Of a stretch of DNA of 61,110 nt, positions 45,376-56,043 are shown piece by piece. The stretch spans positions 1-61,110 of the forward strand of contig JBMOHF010000006.1 in the NCBI GenBank assembly GCA_049317985.1, given 5' to 3'. Source of the stretch: Patescibacteria group bacterium (GTDB lineage Bacteria; Patescibacteriota; Patescibacteriia; Patescibacteriales; UBA12465). Under the pieces are notes generated by a model. The model was not told where the DNA came from, did not search any database, and worked only from the letters and a program-made list of their open reading frames with translations. Position 1 is the stretch's first letter, and each line of letters starts with the position of its first letter. Position numbers and translations under genes: made by a program.

Positions 45376-46665
45376 CTAACGAACTGAGAAAGGGAAATTT
45401 GCATACGAAGCATCGTTTCCGAGTTCAGCTTCAATTTCTAATAAACGGTTGTATTTGGCCGTTCTTTCACTGCGGGCTGGCGCACCAGTTTTAATTTGTC
45501 CCGTGCCCATTGCAACGGATAAATCAGCAATAAAAGAATCTTCGGTTTCTCCACTTCGATGAGAGATAACTGCAGTCATTCCATTTTCAAGAGCTAAATT
45601 AATAGCCGAAACTGTTTCGGTTAGTGTGCCGATTTGATTTAATTTGATCAGAATAGAATTGGAAGTTTTTTCTTCAATACCTCTCTTTAAACGAGAAACA
45701 TTAGTGACATACAAATCATCACCTACGAGCTGGACTTCGTTATTAAAAGCTACGGAAAAAGACTTAAACCCATCCCAGTCATCTTCAGATAAGATATCCT
45801 CAAATGAAATAATTGGATGTCTCCCCGCCAAATCTTCAAAAAAACTAATCATTTCGGCGGCAGATAAAGTTTTGCCCTCTTTCTTTAAATTATACGCACC
45901 ATCGGCATAAAACTCAGTGGCGGCAGCATCAATACCAAAAACCACCTCTTCTCCCAAAGAATAGCCAGCAGCGACAACTGCCTCGGAAAGTAAGTGAAAT
46001 GATTCTTCATTTGAAGAAACCACTGGGGCAAAACCCCCTTCATCACCAACTCCAATACCATAACCTTTATCCTTAAGAATTTTCTTTAAAGACTGATAAA
46101 TTTCTGAACACATCCGGATAGCACCGTTTATATGCTTTGCCCCAACTGGCAAAATCATATATTCCTGAATATCTGTCGCCCAATTTGCATGTTTTCCACC
46201 GTTTAACACATTCATCATTGGCACTGGCATTTCAAAGTGGCCGTCAAAGCGTGGATTAAACTTACTTAAATAACGATAAAGCGGCAGGTTCAATGATGTT
46301 GCCGCTGCGCGAGCACAGGCCATGGAAACTGCCAAAATTGCGTTTGCACCGAGCTTGGCTTTGTTTTCCGTGCCATCGAGATCAATCATTTTTTGATCCA
46401 ACCCTTTTTGATCTTCGACATCAAACCCAGTTAAAGCGGGACTGATAATGTCGTTAACATTTTTAACTGCCGTTAACACACCAAGACCATTATAGCGACC
46501 ATTGTCGCCGTCGCGAAGCTCAACTGCTTCATAACTACCAGTAGATGCGCCACTTGGCACGCCGGCTCGACCACTTAGACCATTATCCAATAAGACCTCA
46601 GCAGCGATGGTGGGATTACCTCGAGAATCGAGAATTTCCCAAGCTTTAATAGATTTGATTTTCAT
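45376..46665 (-). CDS. eno: Enolase
   Basis: [39 protein letters not shown]. Confidence 0.98.
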   Translation of the reverse strand: MKIKSIKAWEILDSRGNPTIAAEVLLDNGLSGRAGVPSGASTGSYEAVELRDGDNGRYNGLGVLTAVKNVNDIISPALTGFDVEDQKGLDQKMIDLDGTENKAKLGANAILAVSMACARAAATSLNLPLYRYLSKFNPRFDGHFEMPVPMMNVLNGGKHANWATDIQEYMILPVGAKHINGAIRMCSEIYQSLKKILKDKGYGIGVGDEGGFAPVVSSNEESFHLLSEAVVAAGYSLGEEVVFGIDAAATEFYADGAYNLKKEGKTLSAAEMISFFEDLAGRHPIISFEDILSEDDWDGFKSFSVAFNNEVQLVGDDLYVTNVSRLKRGIEEKTSNSILIKLNQIGTLTETVSAINLALENGMTAVISHRSGETEDSFIADLSVAMGTGQIKTGAPARSERTAKYNRLLEIEAELGNDASYANFPFSVR

Positions 46666-46691
46666 ATATTGGAACAATTAGATTATTGAAA

Positions 46692-47717
46692 TTATTCAGC
46701 AACGTTTCGCTTGTAAATGCTCATTTCTGTGCGGTCAATAACTTTCTTCAAAATTTTTACTGCTTCGAGCGGGAAAGCACCCATTGCGGTCTCGTCGGAA
46801 AGCATCACCATGTCAGCACCATCAAAGACGGCGTTAGCGATATCACTAACTTCGGCGCGAGTTGGTGTCGGATTAGTCATCATAGACATCATTACCTGAG
46901 TCGCTAAGATGGTTGGTTTGTCATGCCAATGAGAATGACGAACAAGATTCTTTTGAACAATTGGTAATTCTTCGATCGGAATTTCAATACCAAGATCACC
47001 GCGCGCAATCATGATGACATCGGAAGCAGCAATAATTTTATCGATATTTTTCAAGGCAATAGCTCTTTCGATTTTGGAAACAATTTTTGCTTTATTTTTT
47101 CCAATTAATTTACGCAAATGTAAAACATCGGCTTCTGTTTGAACAAAAGATAAACCAACATAATCAACACCCGCCTTTAAGCCAAATTTCAAGTCCTTAA
47201 TATCTTTCGGAGTTAAACCTCCGGCTTTTAAATTTGTATCTGGTACATTAATTCCCTTTCTTGATAACAAGGTTCCACCTACGGTGACTTTCGCACTGAT
47301 AACTTTATTTTTAATATCAAGCACTTTTAATTCAATCGCCCCATTACAAAGAAATAAAGGTTCATCTTTTTTAATATCTTTCGGGAGATCGGCATTATCG
47401 ATTGGAATAATCCCGCCCTTTTCGTAGGCTTTGTCAGAAAAAGCAAAACGATAGGTTTCTCCTTTCTTTAAACAAAGACCCATTTCTGGCATTTTCCCAA
47501 CTCTGATTCTTGGACCCTGAAGATCAAGTAAGATTGCTACCTTGGTACCATTAGCTTTATTATAAGAATCGATTTGACTCTTAATGTTTTTATACTGATC
47601 ATAAGCAGCATGAGAAAAATTAACCCGGATGACATCAACACCGGCTTTCATTAAGGCATTCATCATTTCTGGTGACTCGGAACGAGGACCAATAGTAGCA
47701 ACGATTTTTGTGGACAT
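46692..47717 (-). CDS. pyk: Pyruvate kinase (short, lacking the C-terminal domain)
   Basis: TKIVATIGP, NFSH, DLQGP, MIARGDLG.E, ATQ, PTRAEVSD.ANA..DG.D..MLS.ET. Confidence 0.95.
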   Translation of the reverse strand: MSTKIVATIGPRSESPEMMNALMKAGVDVIRVNFSHAAYDQYKNIKSQIDSYNKANGTKVAILLDLQGPRIRVGKMPEMGLCLKKGETYRFAFSDKAYEKGGIIPIDNADLPKDIKKDEPLFLCNGAIELKVLDIKNKVISAKVTVGGTLLSRKGINVPDTNLKAGGLTPKDIKDLKFGLKAGVDYVGLSFVQTEADVLHLRKLIGKNKAKIVSKIERAIALKNIDKIIAASDVIMIARGDLGIEIPIEELPIVQKNLVRHSHWHDKPTILATQVMMSMMTNPTPTRAEVSDIANAVFDGADMVMLSDETAMGAFPLEAVKILKKVIDRTEMSIYKRNVAE

Positions 47718-47836
47718 AAGAATATTATAAATTATTTATATTTTCAAAATAAAAACGACATGTTTTGTGGATGTCTAAAGACAGTATAAACTAAAAATAA
47801 AGAAATGAAAAGACCCGTTTGACTGGGTAATCCGGT

Positions 47837-48997
47837 TTATTTATAATTATTTTCCCTTATTTTTAGCAATAACTCCTGAAAAAATTCCAAATTATGAAGA
47901 GCAGACAGCCGTTGTCCTAATGGTTCTTTTAAACGAAACAGGTGATGAAGAAAGGCTTTTGAATACGTTCTAAGTTCCGGAATCTTACTATTAGGGTTAA
48001 TAGACGAGAAGTCTTTCGACCAAGAAGCGTTACAAATATTTATTGCCTCATAAAAATTTGGGACCTTATCAACCGGACCATAAGCATTCTTTGGGATCTT
48101 AAAACCTTTAAAACTTTTAGAAAAATAGAATAATCTTCCATGTCGTCCTTCACGCGTTGGGATGACACAATCAAACATATCCCAACCCATCAAAGCACAG
48201 CGATAAATATCCTCGGGAGTACCGACACCGAGAGCAAACCGAAGCGCATCTTTTGGAATTGCCTTGGCAGTTTCAAACAAAATTTCTGCCAAGAAATTTC
48301 CCTCCGCATCAACCGGACGAGCCCCAAAACCATAGCCGTCGAAGCCAATTTTTACTAATTCGCTGGCGCAATGTTTTCTGAGATCAACCTCAACCCCTCC
48401 CTGCACAACCGAAAAAAGAAGCGGGCGGTTATCATCTGTCATTTTTCTTTTTTTAATTTGCCGAAGATATTCTAACTTACAACGCTTGGCCCAAGCTAAC
48501 GTTCTCTCGACTGAACTTTTCATCTGTGCCCGAGAAAATTCATTCGGCGGACAATCATCCAAGCAAACAATCATATCGGTCCCAAGTACAAACTGAATCT
48601 GAATCGATTTTTCCGGAGTTAGTTCGTGCGAAGATCCGTCCAAAGGAGATTTAAAAGTCACCTTATCATCATCAATTTTTCCCATTTTACTACTTCGATG
48701 AATGAGTGAAAAAACTTGAAAACCGCCACTATCCGAAAGTAACGGCTGACCGCAGGACATAAAACGATGAACCCCGCCAGCTTTTTTTATTAAATCTAAT
48801 CCGGGTTGGAGATAGAGATGAAAAGTGTTCACCACTAATGCCTCGGTTTTGGTTGATAAAACGTCGTTCATTGTCGACAGCTTAACAAAACCACGGGTAG
48901 CGTCAGGCATAAAAAACGGGGTCTTTAAAATACCATGATTGGTCTTTAGTTTGCCGCGACGCAGATTTGAGTGGCTATCATTCTTAAAACTGAACAT
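47837..48997 (-). CDS. tgt: tRNA-guanine transglycosylase (atypical)
   Basis: TP.FMP, NTFHL, DSGGFQ.FSL, LDDCP, VQGG, FDCV.PTR.GRHG, HNL. Confidence 0.9.
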   Translation of the reverse strand: MFSFKNDSHSNLRRGKLKTNHGILKTPFFMPDATRGFVKLSTMNDVLSTKTEALVVNTFHLYLQPGLDLIKKAGGVHRFMSCGQPLLSDSGGFQVFSLIHRSSKMGKIDDDKVTFKSPLDGSSHELTPEKSIQIQFVLGTDMIVCLDDCPPNEFSRAQMKSSVERTLAWAKRCKLEYLRQIKKRKMTDDNRPLLFSVVQGGVEVDLRKHCASELVKIGFDGYGFGARPVDAEGNFLAEILFETAKAIPKDALRFALGVGTPEDIYRCALMGWDMFDCVIPTREGRHGRLFYFSKSFKGFKIPKNAYGPVDKVPNFYEAINICNASWSKDFSSINPNSKIPELRTYSKAFLHHLFRLKEPLGQRLSALHNLEFFQELLLKIRENNYK

Positions 48998-49005
48998 AAA
49001 AAATA

Positions 49006-50922
49006 TTATTGAACTTTCCCTGAATTACTTAAAGCGGCAATTTCATCATCTTCTAATCTGGTAGTCTTTGGGGTACTATTTAATTTAATCTCGGCGTTAT
49101 TATCTAAATCAATCGCGCTAACTTGCGCTCCCGGTGAAATTACTAAAATTTTATTACGATCAGAAGGCGCTGGAATTAAGCTAAGACTAAAATCACTTGT
49201 AATTTTTGATACAGACAAAGGCACCCGACCCAAATCCCAAATTACCTGATTTAAAGCTTGGTCATAATAAACACTTCCCGCTTGAACCTTAACTCGGCCC
49301 TCAAAACTTGTGTTGGGCGGTAAGGCGAGACTGACCCGAACTTTATCGAGTTCGTGGAGTGTATTATCTAATTCCCAATAAACCCGAAACGAAGTTTTTT
49401 CTCCTGACTTTGGTGGCAATGGTCCTTCACCGACAGGAGAATTATTATCATCGAAATATAAAATCTTTTCTGAAAAACTCAAATCACTATTTAAGCTACT
49501 GGTGATTAGATTGCTTCGATTTAGCTCGCTGTTGCTTGTATTACTATCGATATTAAACTGGGCATAGCTTTTAACTTGGAAATTATTTCCCAAATCGGCG
49601 CTTGAAAACTTCTTTAAGCGAACTGAAAAATTAAAATCTCCTTCTTGTCCGGGTTTTATTTCTGCTAAAGCCGGTGCCTCATCTTTAGTCCAAGTAATAA
49701 CCCCATCCTTGAGCTTGCCACCTGATTCTGCAGAGAGAGTACTCCAATCAACGAAGGGACTATCCACCACGGCACTCATTGCTATATTTTTTAAATTTGA
49801 AACTCCTTTATTTACATAGGAAACATTATAGTTCAAAGTTTCACCAAAATTCACTGATCGGTCTCCCTGACTACCGTTAACCATCATTGTTAGATTTAAG
49901 TCATTCTTTATGATGTCCATCCCTGCCCTCTTTTCAAAAAAAGTAAAAAGGGTGCCGCTTTGGTCTTGATATGAGAAACGAGCAATCAACTCTAAGCGAT
50001 CTTGGCTGGCATCTTTTATCTTAAAGCTAAATGGGATTTCTAATTCTGAAGATGACGCACTTATTCCTTCGACTTGCCAATAATTATCTATCTTTTTAAT
50101 AGTCCAGGAAGATGAGGTTGATATTTGAGGATCAATAATTGTTACTGAGGACGGTATTTCAAAATCAATTCTAAATTTAGTCACTAGCGGTGCTTCAAAA
50201 TTAAATATTTTTAATGACAAGTCGTTTTCAGTTCCAGACAAAGCGGCACTAGGGTAGTCTAGCTCCGCGCGAAAGCCAAGTGACTCAACGAGAGTGGCCG
50301 CTGAGGCTTCTTTTTTTAAATCACTTGAAAAATTATCTTGTTGATAAGTTAATTTAGCATAAATAGTGTTAGCAGAATTTTCCTGATTTATAATACTTCC
50401 CTTCACCTCTAAAGTTCTTTCAGCACCTGCTGGTAAGTCGGTGAGTGTCCAATAGTTATCCCGAGAAGCCGGTGCAATATCTGAGCCACTAAAAATAAAA
50501 TTTTCCGGATAAGACGCTTCTAATTTTATTGAGTTAATCGATGAGCCTGAATTATTTTTATAAGTTATTAAATAAGAAAATTCCTGACCAATCTTAATTT
50601 TTTCTGGTGCATTAATCGTGAGTTCAACTCCAGTATTTTTAGCCTGAGGAAAGACAAGAAGTCCGGCCCAAATTGCTGACCCCAAAAGACACAAACCAAA
50701 AAACCAGCGAAAAATTGTCACAACAACCTGTCGGCGCGCTCTTTTTTCTAATTTTCTCACGTCAATTAAGTTGCCACGTTTATCGCGATAAATTTCTGAT
50801 AAACGACCATTTATATCTTCGCTACGCTCCTCGCTCCTAATTTGACGCTCAAAATTTCGAACCTCATCCCGTGAAGGCAACGGTCTTTCAACGAAGCTCG
50901 GTTCATTTTTTTTTGCTGGCAT
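49006..50922 (-). CDS. Membrane-anchored Ig-like (DUF11-type) repeat protein
   Basis: One TM; repeats G.EFSY.ITYKN...W.L.DL.AG; GPLPPK.GE.T motif typical of CPR. Confidence 0.7.
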   Translation of the reverse strand: MPAKKNEPSFVERPLPSRDEVRNFERQIRSEERSEDINGRLSEIYRDKRGNLIDVRKLEKRARRQVVVTIFRWFFGLCLLGSAIWAGLLVFPQAKNTGVELTINAPEKIKIGQEFSYLITYKNNSGSSINSIKLEASYPENFIFSGSDIAPASRDNYWTLTDLPAGAERTLEVKGSIINQENSANTIYAKLTYQQDNFSSDLKKEASAATLVESLGFRAELDYPSAALSGTENDLSLKIFNFEAPLVTKFRIDFEIPSSVTIIDPQISTSSSWTIKKIDNYWQVEGISASSSELEIPFSFKIKDASQDRLELIARFSYQDQSGTLFTFFEKRAGMDIIKNDLNLTMMVNGSQGDRSVNFGETLNYNVSYVNKGVSNLKNIAMSAVVDSPFVDWSTLSAESGGKLKDGVITWTKDEAPALAEIKPGQEGDFNFSVRLKKFSSADLGNNFQVKSYAQFNIDSNTSNSELNRSNLITSSLNSDLSFSEKILYFDDNNSPVGEGPLPPKSGEKTSFRVYWELDNTLHELDKVRVSLALPPNTSFEGRVKVQAGSVYYDQALNQVIWDLGRVPLSVSKITSDFSLSLIPAPSDRNKILVISPGAQVSAIDLDNNAEIKLNSTPKTTRLEDDEIAALSNSGKVQ

Positions 50923-50926
50923 ATAT

Positions 50927-53344
50927 TTATTTATTATTTTTTATTATCGCGCCAAAACTTTGGTCATGATCAAGAGAAAAAGCTTGAGACCATCCGGAGG
51001 GATTGATTTCTTTTTGTTCAGGATAAACCCAGAGGCTATTTAATAAAGTACTGTCTAGGTTTAAACGACTATAAAACTCTGAAGCTCTCGCCCCTGGCTG
51101 CTTCTGGACCAATAAAGTATAGTTTGCAAATTCCTCATTTTCACCAAATATTAACTGATTCAACCTACCTTGCCAGTCATTCGACTGCTTCCCTGAGAAA
51201 GTAAGTTTGAAAGGTAGGTAGTAACTGAAAACCACACTCGCTTCTCTGCCTGGATCAACAATTAACCAATTAGCAAAAACGGTTTTATCATTTTCAGAAT
51301 ATATCATTGTGCCATTACTTGTATAAAGCGCCGTGCCCTCGCCATCTCCAACAAGAGGTCTCTCCGACCAGTCGTCCTTGACTTTTTTAAACAAAGATGG
51401 CTCTGGAGAAACGAAGCCAGAGGAAGAAACTAATTGACTACCCTTGGGCACATATACTCTAAGCCAATCAACGTTTTTCATGCCAAACAATTTTTCTCCT
51501 TTTAGCCCGTTATGTTTTCTCGTTATTTTTACTGTATTCAAAATTCGTCCATCGGATTTAATTTCAGCGGTTTGTTCTATTTTTTCAGTTATTTTGTAAT
51601 CACTTTTCCCGCCACTAATATTTGAATTAACAACCATCAGATAATCGCCAGCAGTTTTTTCTTGCCGACCAGCAAAATTTCTTCGTTCGACTTCTGCTTG
51701 TAATGTTTCGTCATTAAAATTAAACATCAGTTGCTTCTGAGAAAGACTTTGCTCGAGCAAAGAAAATAGTTTCACAACATTTTCACGATCTATTTTTTTT
51801 GGTAACTCTAATAAAATTTTTGCAGTTAAATCACCAATAATTTTCTTTGGTTTTTTTCCTTTATTTCTCTCTAGATCCTGCTTGATTTTAATTGGTGAAT
51901 TGCTTGCAATATTTACTGAAGTTGTTCCCAAAAAATCATTCGGCAATAATTGACCATCTTTTACTAAATTATCTTTTTCAGTAATCTGCTGGGTCACCTC
52001 ATAAAAATTATTTTGATCAATAACTACGCCGTATTCCTTGGTTAAGTCAATTGGCCCAGTAATACCCAGCAAACCAGAAATAATGTCGGGAGTAAAAGCA
52101 ATTACGCCATCAACAGTTGGTCCGCCACTTTTTTCATAAAACCACCGAATATTTTCCGCCGATAAAGACCAATCGGGAAACCAGTTGGAATCCCAGAAAT
52201 ACCAGCGAGGAGCAATCAGCCTCAACGCTGCCGGTGATTTTACAAATGTTGTCATGCCACCTTTAGTGTCATAAGTACCACCGCCAGGAATCTCAAGATT
52301 TTTTACTTTGCCACCGCTAAAATCAACTAACGCGTAGCTGCCCATGAACCCTCCGCCACCACGTAGTTCGGTGTTATTTTGGAAAATTAATAAATATCTT
52401 TTATCTCGACTCACTCCCAATAATTCACCCAGTTTGCTGGCCGCAGGCATCGTCTCGTGCAGGGCATCGTTAAGAATTATTACCTTCTTTTGTAAATCTA
52501 AAAATTGCTTTCGATATTCTTCCGGTAAAGAATTTGGATCAATTTTTTCCAAAATTTTTACCAATTTTTCCGATTCTTTTAATGATTCACTTCCTTCTGT
52601 GACGAAAGTATTTAGTGAATCCTTTGGGTCCCCTTTCGAGAAGAGGCCATCAAGTGCTAGAGATAAATGCTTGCCCAAGGAAGACGCGGAAGCACCAGCC
52701 TGCAAGAAATTTTTTCCCTCGGAAGCAAGACGCAACTCTCGATTTCCTGATAGGGATGCTAATTTTAATAATGATACATCAATATTTTTTAGATCTCCCT
52801 CTGCCTGAAGAAAATGGCTAGTTGCGCCAGAGAAATCATTAGAGGCGACTCTTAAATCAAGCCTGGAGGCAGCTGAGGTGGCTGAAACTAAATCATTAAT
52901 AGCCAAGTGCGCGCTAATGCTAATTCGATTTTTCAAGGCCGTGGGATCAAACAATTTATAGTACGCAAAAAGCTTTAAAGGAATAAAAATAACAAACAAC
53001 GCCAAAAAAAAGGAAGAGACCTTCCCAAGAACGGTTCGTTGGAATATTTTCCTTTCAAAAGCACTAAATTTATCCCTAATTTCTTCCGCTCGTCGATCTA
53101 AAAATATTCCGTGATAACCATGCTTAGTAAGAGGCTTAAAGAAAAAAGGTAAATACCCGGAAAACCTTTTTGCTCTCCAAAAGTATCTTGAAGAATCTGT
53201 TTTTTTCGATTTTTTTTGGGTTGAAATAAATGGCTTGCTTCCCTTGTTCCTTAAGTCGATAACAAAATTGTGATTACCAAAATCAGCTTCATTTAAAGAA
53301 ACTCCTAAAGAAAACTTTTTAGTTTTATTATGTTTTTTAGTCAT
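50927..53344 (-). CDS. DUF4012 domain protein
   Basis: YLLIFQNN.ELR..GGF.GS, DSNW.PD, VDGVIA, N..GGKSD, WLRVYVP.GS. Confidence 0.88.
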   Translation of the reverse strand: MTKKHNKTKKFSLGVSLNEADFGNHNFVIDLRNKGSKPFISTQKKSKKTDSSRYFWRAKRFSGYLPFFFKPLTKHGYHGIFLDRRAEEIRDKFSAFERKIFQRTVLGKVSSFFLALFVIFIPLKLFAYYKLFDPTALKNRISISAHLAINDLVSATSAASRLDLRVASNDFSGATSHFLQAEGDLKNIDVSLLKLASLSGNRELRLASEGKNFLQAGASASSLGKHLSLALDGLFSKGDPKDSLNTFVTEGSESLKESEKLVKILEKIDPNSLPEEYRKQFLDLQKKVIILNDALHETMPAASKLGELLGVSRDKRYLLIFQNNTELRGGGGFMGSYALVDFSGGKVKNLEIPGGGTYDTKGGMTTFVKSPAALRLIAPRWYFWDSNWFPDWSLSAENIRWFYEKSGGPTVDGVIAFTPDIISGLLGITGPIDLTKEYGVVIDQNNFYEVTQQITEKDNLVKDGQLLPNDFLGTTSVNIASNSPIKIKQDLERNKGKKPKKIIGDLTAKILLELPKKIDRENVVKLFSLLEQSLSQKQLMFNFNDETLQAEVERRNFAGRQEKTAGDYLMVVNSNISGGKSDYKITEKIEQTAEIKSDGRILNTVKITRKHNGLKGEKLFGMKNVDWLRVYVPKGSQLVSSSGFVSPEPSLFKKVKDDWSERPLVGDGEGTALYTSNGTMIYSENDKTVFANWLIVDPGREASVVFSYYLPFKLTFSGKQSNDWQGRLNQLIFGENEEFANYTLLVQKQPGARASEFYSRLNLDSTLLNSLWVYPEQKEINPSGWSQAFSLDHDQSFGAIIKNNK

Positions 53345-54495
53345 TAATTAAGTAAACATTCTTTATAAATTTTTAGAGTTTTTTCTGCACATTCTTTCCA
53401 GCTAAATTCCTTTATTCTTTTAAAGCCTGCAACTCGGAGACTGGATCTTAATTCGGAGTTAGTGAATATTTCTTCGGTTTTTCGCAAAAAATCATCAGAA
53501 GAATAAGGGTTAAAATAAAGAGCCGCGGAGCCCAAAACTTCTGGCAAACTACCCTCACATGAGCTCAAAACTGGGCAACCTTGCGCCATTGCCTCAAGCG
53601 GAGGCAAACCAAAGCCTTCGTAAAAAGACGGAAAAATATAGGCAATAGCTTGCGAAAAGAAAATTGCTAATTCTTGGTCTGATATATACCCCGGAAAATA
53701 AACATTCTTTATTTTCAAATCTTTGGCGAGAGTTTTTACTTGGGAATAAAAATAGTCTTCCTTACCTACTAAAACTAAGGATACTTTAGTTGTTTGATTT
53801 TTATTTTGAAAAGCCAAAAAGTTTTTTAATAATCCGTCGAGATTTTTATGTGGATAGGCATTACCAACATAGAGAAAGAAATCTCCACTAATACCATACT
53901 TTCCAAAAACAGATAAATCATCTTCCACGACAGGAAGGAAGTTATCAGCCACTCCTTCAAGAGTTACTTCAATTTTATTTGGCGATACTTTGAACTGCTT
54001 TACGATATCAGTAGCGGTAAATTGAGACACTGCGATTATTTTTTGCGAAAAACTAATAGCGTGCTTGATTACTAAACGATAAGCAAAATTTTTTAATCGA
54101 TACATCCATGGGCTCAGAAGAGTTGCTTTTAGGGAAGGAAATTTTGTGAGAATCAAATCGTGAATCGTGACAATAAATTTTCCAAAATACAAAATTGGGA
54201 CATTAAAATGTGTGAAGTGAAGTAAATCTAATCGTTCCTTCAAAAAAATAAATGGCAAAATAATTTGCTCCTGCCAAGAATACCAGCGAATACTAATCCT
54301 CACTTTCTTGCAGTTTTCTCTGGTTACCTGGAAATCATCAAAGTTTTCTGAACTGAGAAAGATAACGTACTCTGATTCCTGGTCGAGCCTCGTAATTCGA
54401 TCAACTATTTCTTGTGTATAGCGCCCCAAGCCCTTCCCCAATGGACCATAAAAACGAGCATCAATTCCAATTCTGTTTTTCTTAGATTTATTCAT
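53344..54495 (-). CDS. GT4 (group 1) glycosyltransferase
   Basis: IGIDAR, TIHDL, YVG...HKN, FPSFYEGFGLPPLEAM. Confidence 0.92.
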   Translation of the reverse strand: MNKSKKNRIGIDARFYGPLGKGLGRYTQEIVDRITRLDQESEYVIFLSSENFDDFQVTRENCKKVRISIRWYSWQEQIILPFIFLKERLDLLHFTHFNVPILYFGKFIVTIHDLILTKFPSLKATLLSPWMYRLKNFAYRLVIKHAISFSQKIIAVSQFTATDIVKQFKVSPNKIEVTLEGVADNFLPVVEDDLSVFGKYGISGDFFLYVGNAYPHKNLDGLLKNFLAFQNKNQTTKVSLVLVGKEDYFYSQVKTLAKDLKIKNVYFPGYISDQELAIFFSQAIAYIFPSFYEGFGLPPLEAMAQGCPVLSSCEGSLPEVLGSAALYFNPYSSDDFLRKTEEIFTNSELRSSLRVAGFKRIKEFSWKECAEKTLKIYKECLLN

Positions 54496-54505
54496 TTTAA
54501 ATTCC

Positions 54506-55936
54506 TTAAGCAAACGGCAAGTTCTCCGGCGGATTATCCTTTTCTTGAGTATTGTCTATTTTTTCAGTAACTACTGCCATTTCATTTTTTGGTTTCTCAT
54601 TAAAAATATCATCTGGAGTGTATTTTTCTTCGATAAACAGAGGTAAACTTGCCGGAGCTTCAGCTTTTCGGCCAGGAGCCATTTGAACCATCGGCGCCTT
54701 AGAAGAAGCCTCAATCGGAAAGTGCCAAATAGTTGCGAGTTCTTCGATTGTCAAAATTCCTGGCGCCCGACCAGCACCAGTCGACCGTCCAATGTAGTTG
54801 TTGATCAATCTAGTCTTTTTTTCGAGTAAACGAGCAGACTTATTAAAATAAGCGGTCTTAGTCATGGTGTAATCGCCATCTGGTTTAAAGCTATTTAAAT
54901 CAAGATCAATAAACTGCTTGATATAACCAACAAAACCGCTGCCAACTTTTCCTTTGTTCATGACGTCTTTTTTGGATAAATAAACAACCCTTAACTTACA
55001 TTCAAACCCAAGTTGAGAGGCCTTTTTTTGGATAAACTCGATTTTTTTCTTTTGAACAGGGGTTAATTCCATCATCGAAAGAGATTTCTTTTCCTCTTTT
55101 TTAGTCGCTTCATAGGGGCCAAACAATTCAAAGACCCCCTCACTAAAATTATGAATCATCGGTTCAAGCCAAGACAAAAAATCATTTCCCGCCTTTGGTT
55201 TTTTGCCCAAAATTTTGTTTACTTCGTCATCTGCAGACTTTATCCAATCGAAATTACATGGAGTTACAAGAATTTGATACCAAAACTGCTCCCCAGGACG
55301 AAGAGAACTACAAAGATCCATTAATGAAGCCATCGGATCCTTGAACTGAGTTTCACTTGGCCCCATTTTGTGTTCAAATTGTTCGTAAGTCTTAATCGGA
55401 TAACAGAAATGCCTTTGCTGGATAAACTCTGCCCCCCAAATATCATATTCTTCATCCGGAAAACGGAGGGGCATTCCGTCCGTATAATCGTCTACTTCGG
55501 TAATTTCGGCGTCGGGATATTGAGAATAAATAGCACTCTCAACAAGATTCCTTGAAGGCGCAGGGGTGCGAATTAAAAATTGCGTATAACCATCAATACT
55601 AACAATTTCAAAACTAAAAGACAATTGAAACAATCCTTCGAACCATTTTTCAAAAAAACTAATTTGACCGTGTGCACCAGCTAAATAAGTAAAAAGATTT
55701 TCCGTTGCTTTCGGCGACTGTTCATTGGCGCGTGGGATATCAATTGCTAATAAAATAAATTTATTAGTCTGAAACCATAGCGACTGCTTACGAATAAGCC
55801 AGAGTTGGAGTGCCGCAATAACAAACAACCAGGCCAAAATCATCCAACCGAAATACAAAAAAAACTTCCATAGCATTTGGTCGGGAGGAAGATGCAAAAA
55901 ATCCAAAATCGGGGTAAGATCAATGACGATGTCCAT
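54506..55936 (-). CDS. Conserved CPR membrane protein (resembles the N-terminal region of CPR T4SS-coupling-like ATPases; no ATPase domain)
   Basis: One TM; FSFEIVS, LVES.IYSQYP.AEI.EV.DY, YPIKTY.QF, ILT.EELAT.WHFP. Confidence 0.6.
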   Translation of the reverse strand: MDIVIDLTPILDFLHLPPDQMLWKFFLYFGWMILAWLFVIAALQLWLIRKQSLWFQTNKFILLAIDIPRANEQSPKATENLFTYLAGAHGQISFFEKWFEGLFQLSFSFEIVSIDGYTQFLIRTPAPSRNLVESAIYSQYPDAEITEVDDYTDGMPLRFPDEEYDIWGAEFIQQRHFCYPIKTYEQFEHKMGPSETQFKDPMASLMDLCSSLRPGEQFWYQILVTPCNFDWIKSADDEVNKILGKKPKAGNDFLSWLEPMIHNFSEGVFELFGPYEATKKEEKKSLSMMELTPVQKKKIEFIQKKASQLGFECKLRVVYLSKKDVMNKGKVGSGFVGYIKQFIDLDLNSFKPDGDYTMTKTAYFNKSARLLEKKTRLINNYIGRSTGAGRAPGILTIEELATIWHFPIEASSKAPMVQMAPGRKAEAPASLPLFIEEKYTPDDIFNEKPKNEMAVVTEKIDNTQEKDNPPENLPFA

Positions 55937-55988
55937 AAGAAGGATTATTATAATTACCTTTTATTTTACCATAATAACTTCTAAAAAC

Positions 55989-56023
55989 AAAATCACCTCG
56001 AATCTTTTCCGAGGTGATTTTTT
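55989..56023 (-). terminator. Intrinsic terminator
   Basis: AAAATCACCTCG...CGAGGTGATTTTTT. Confidence 0.8.
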
Positions 56024-56043
56024 ATTGAGAAATAATTGAAAAT

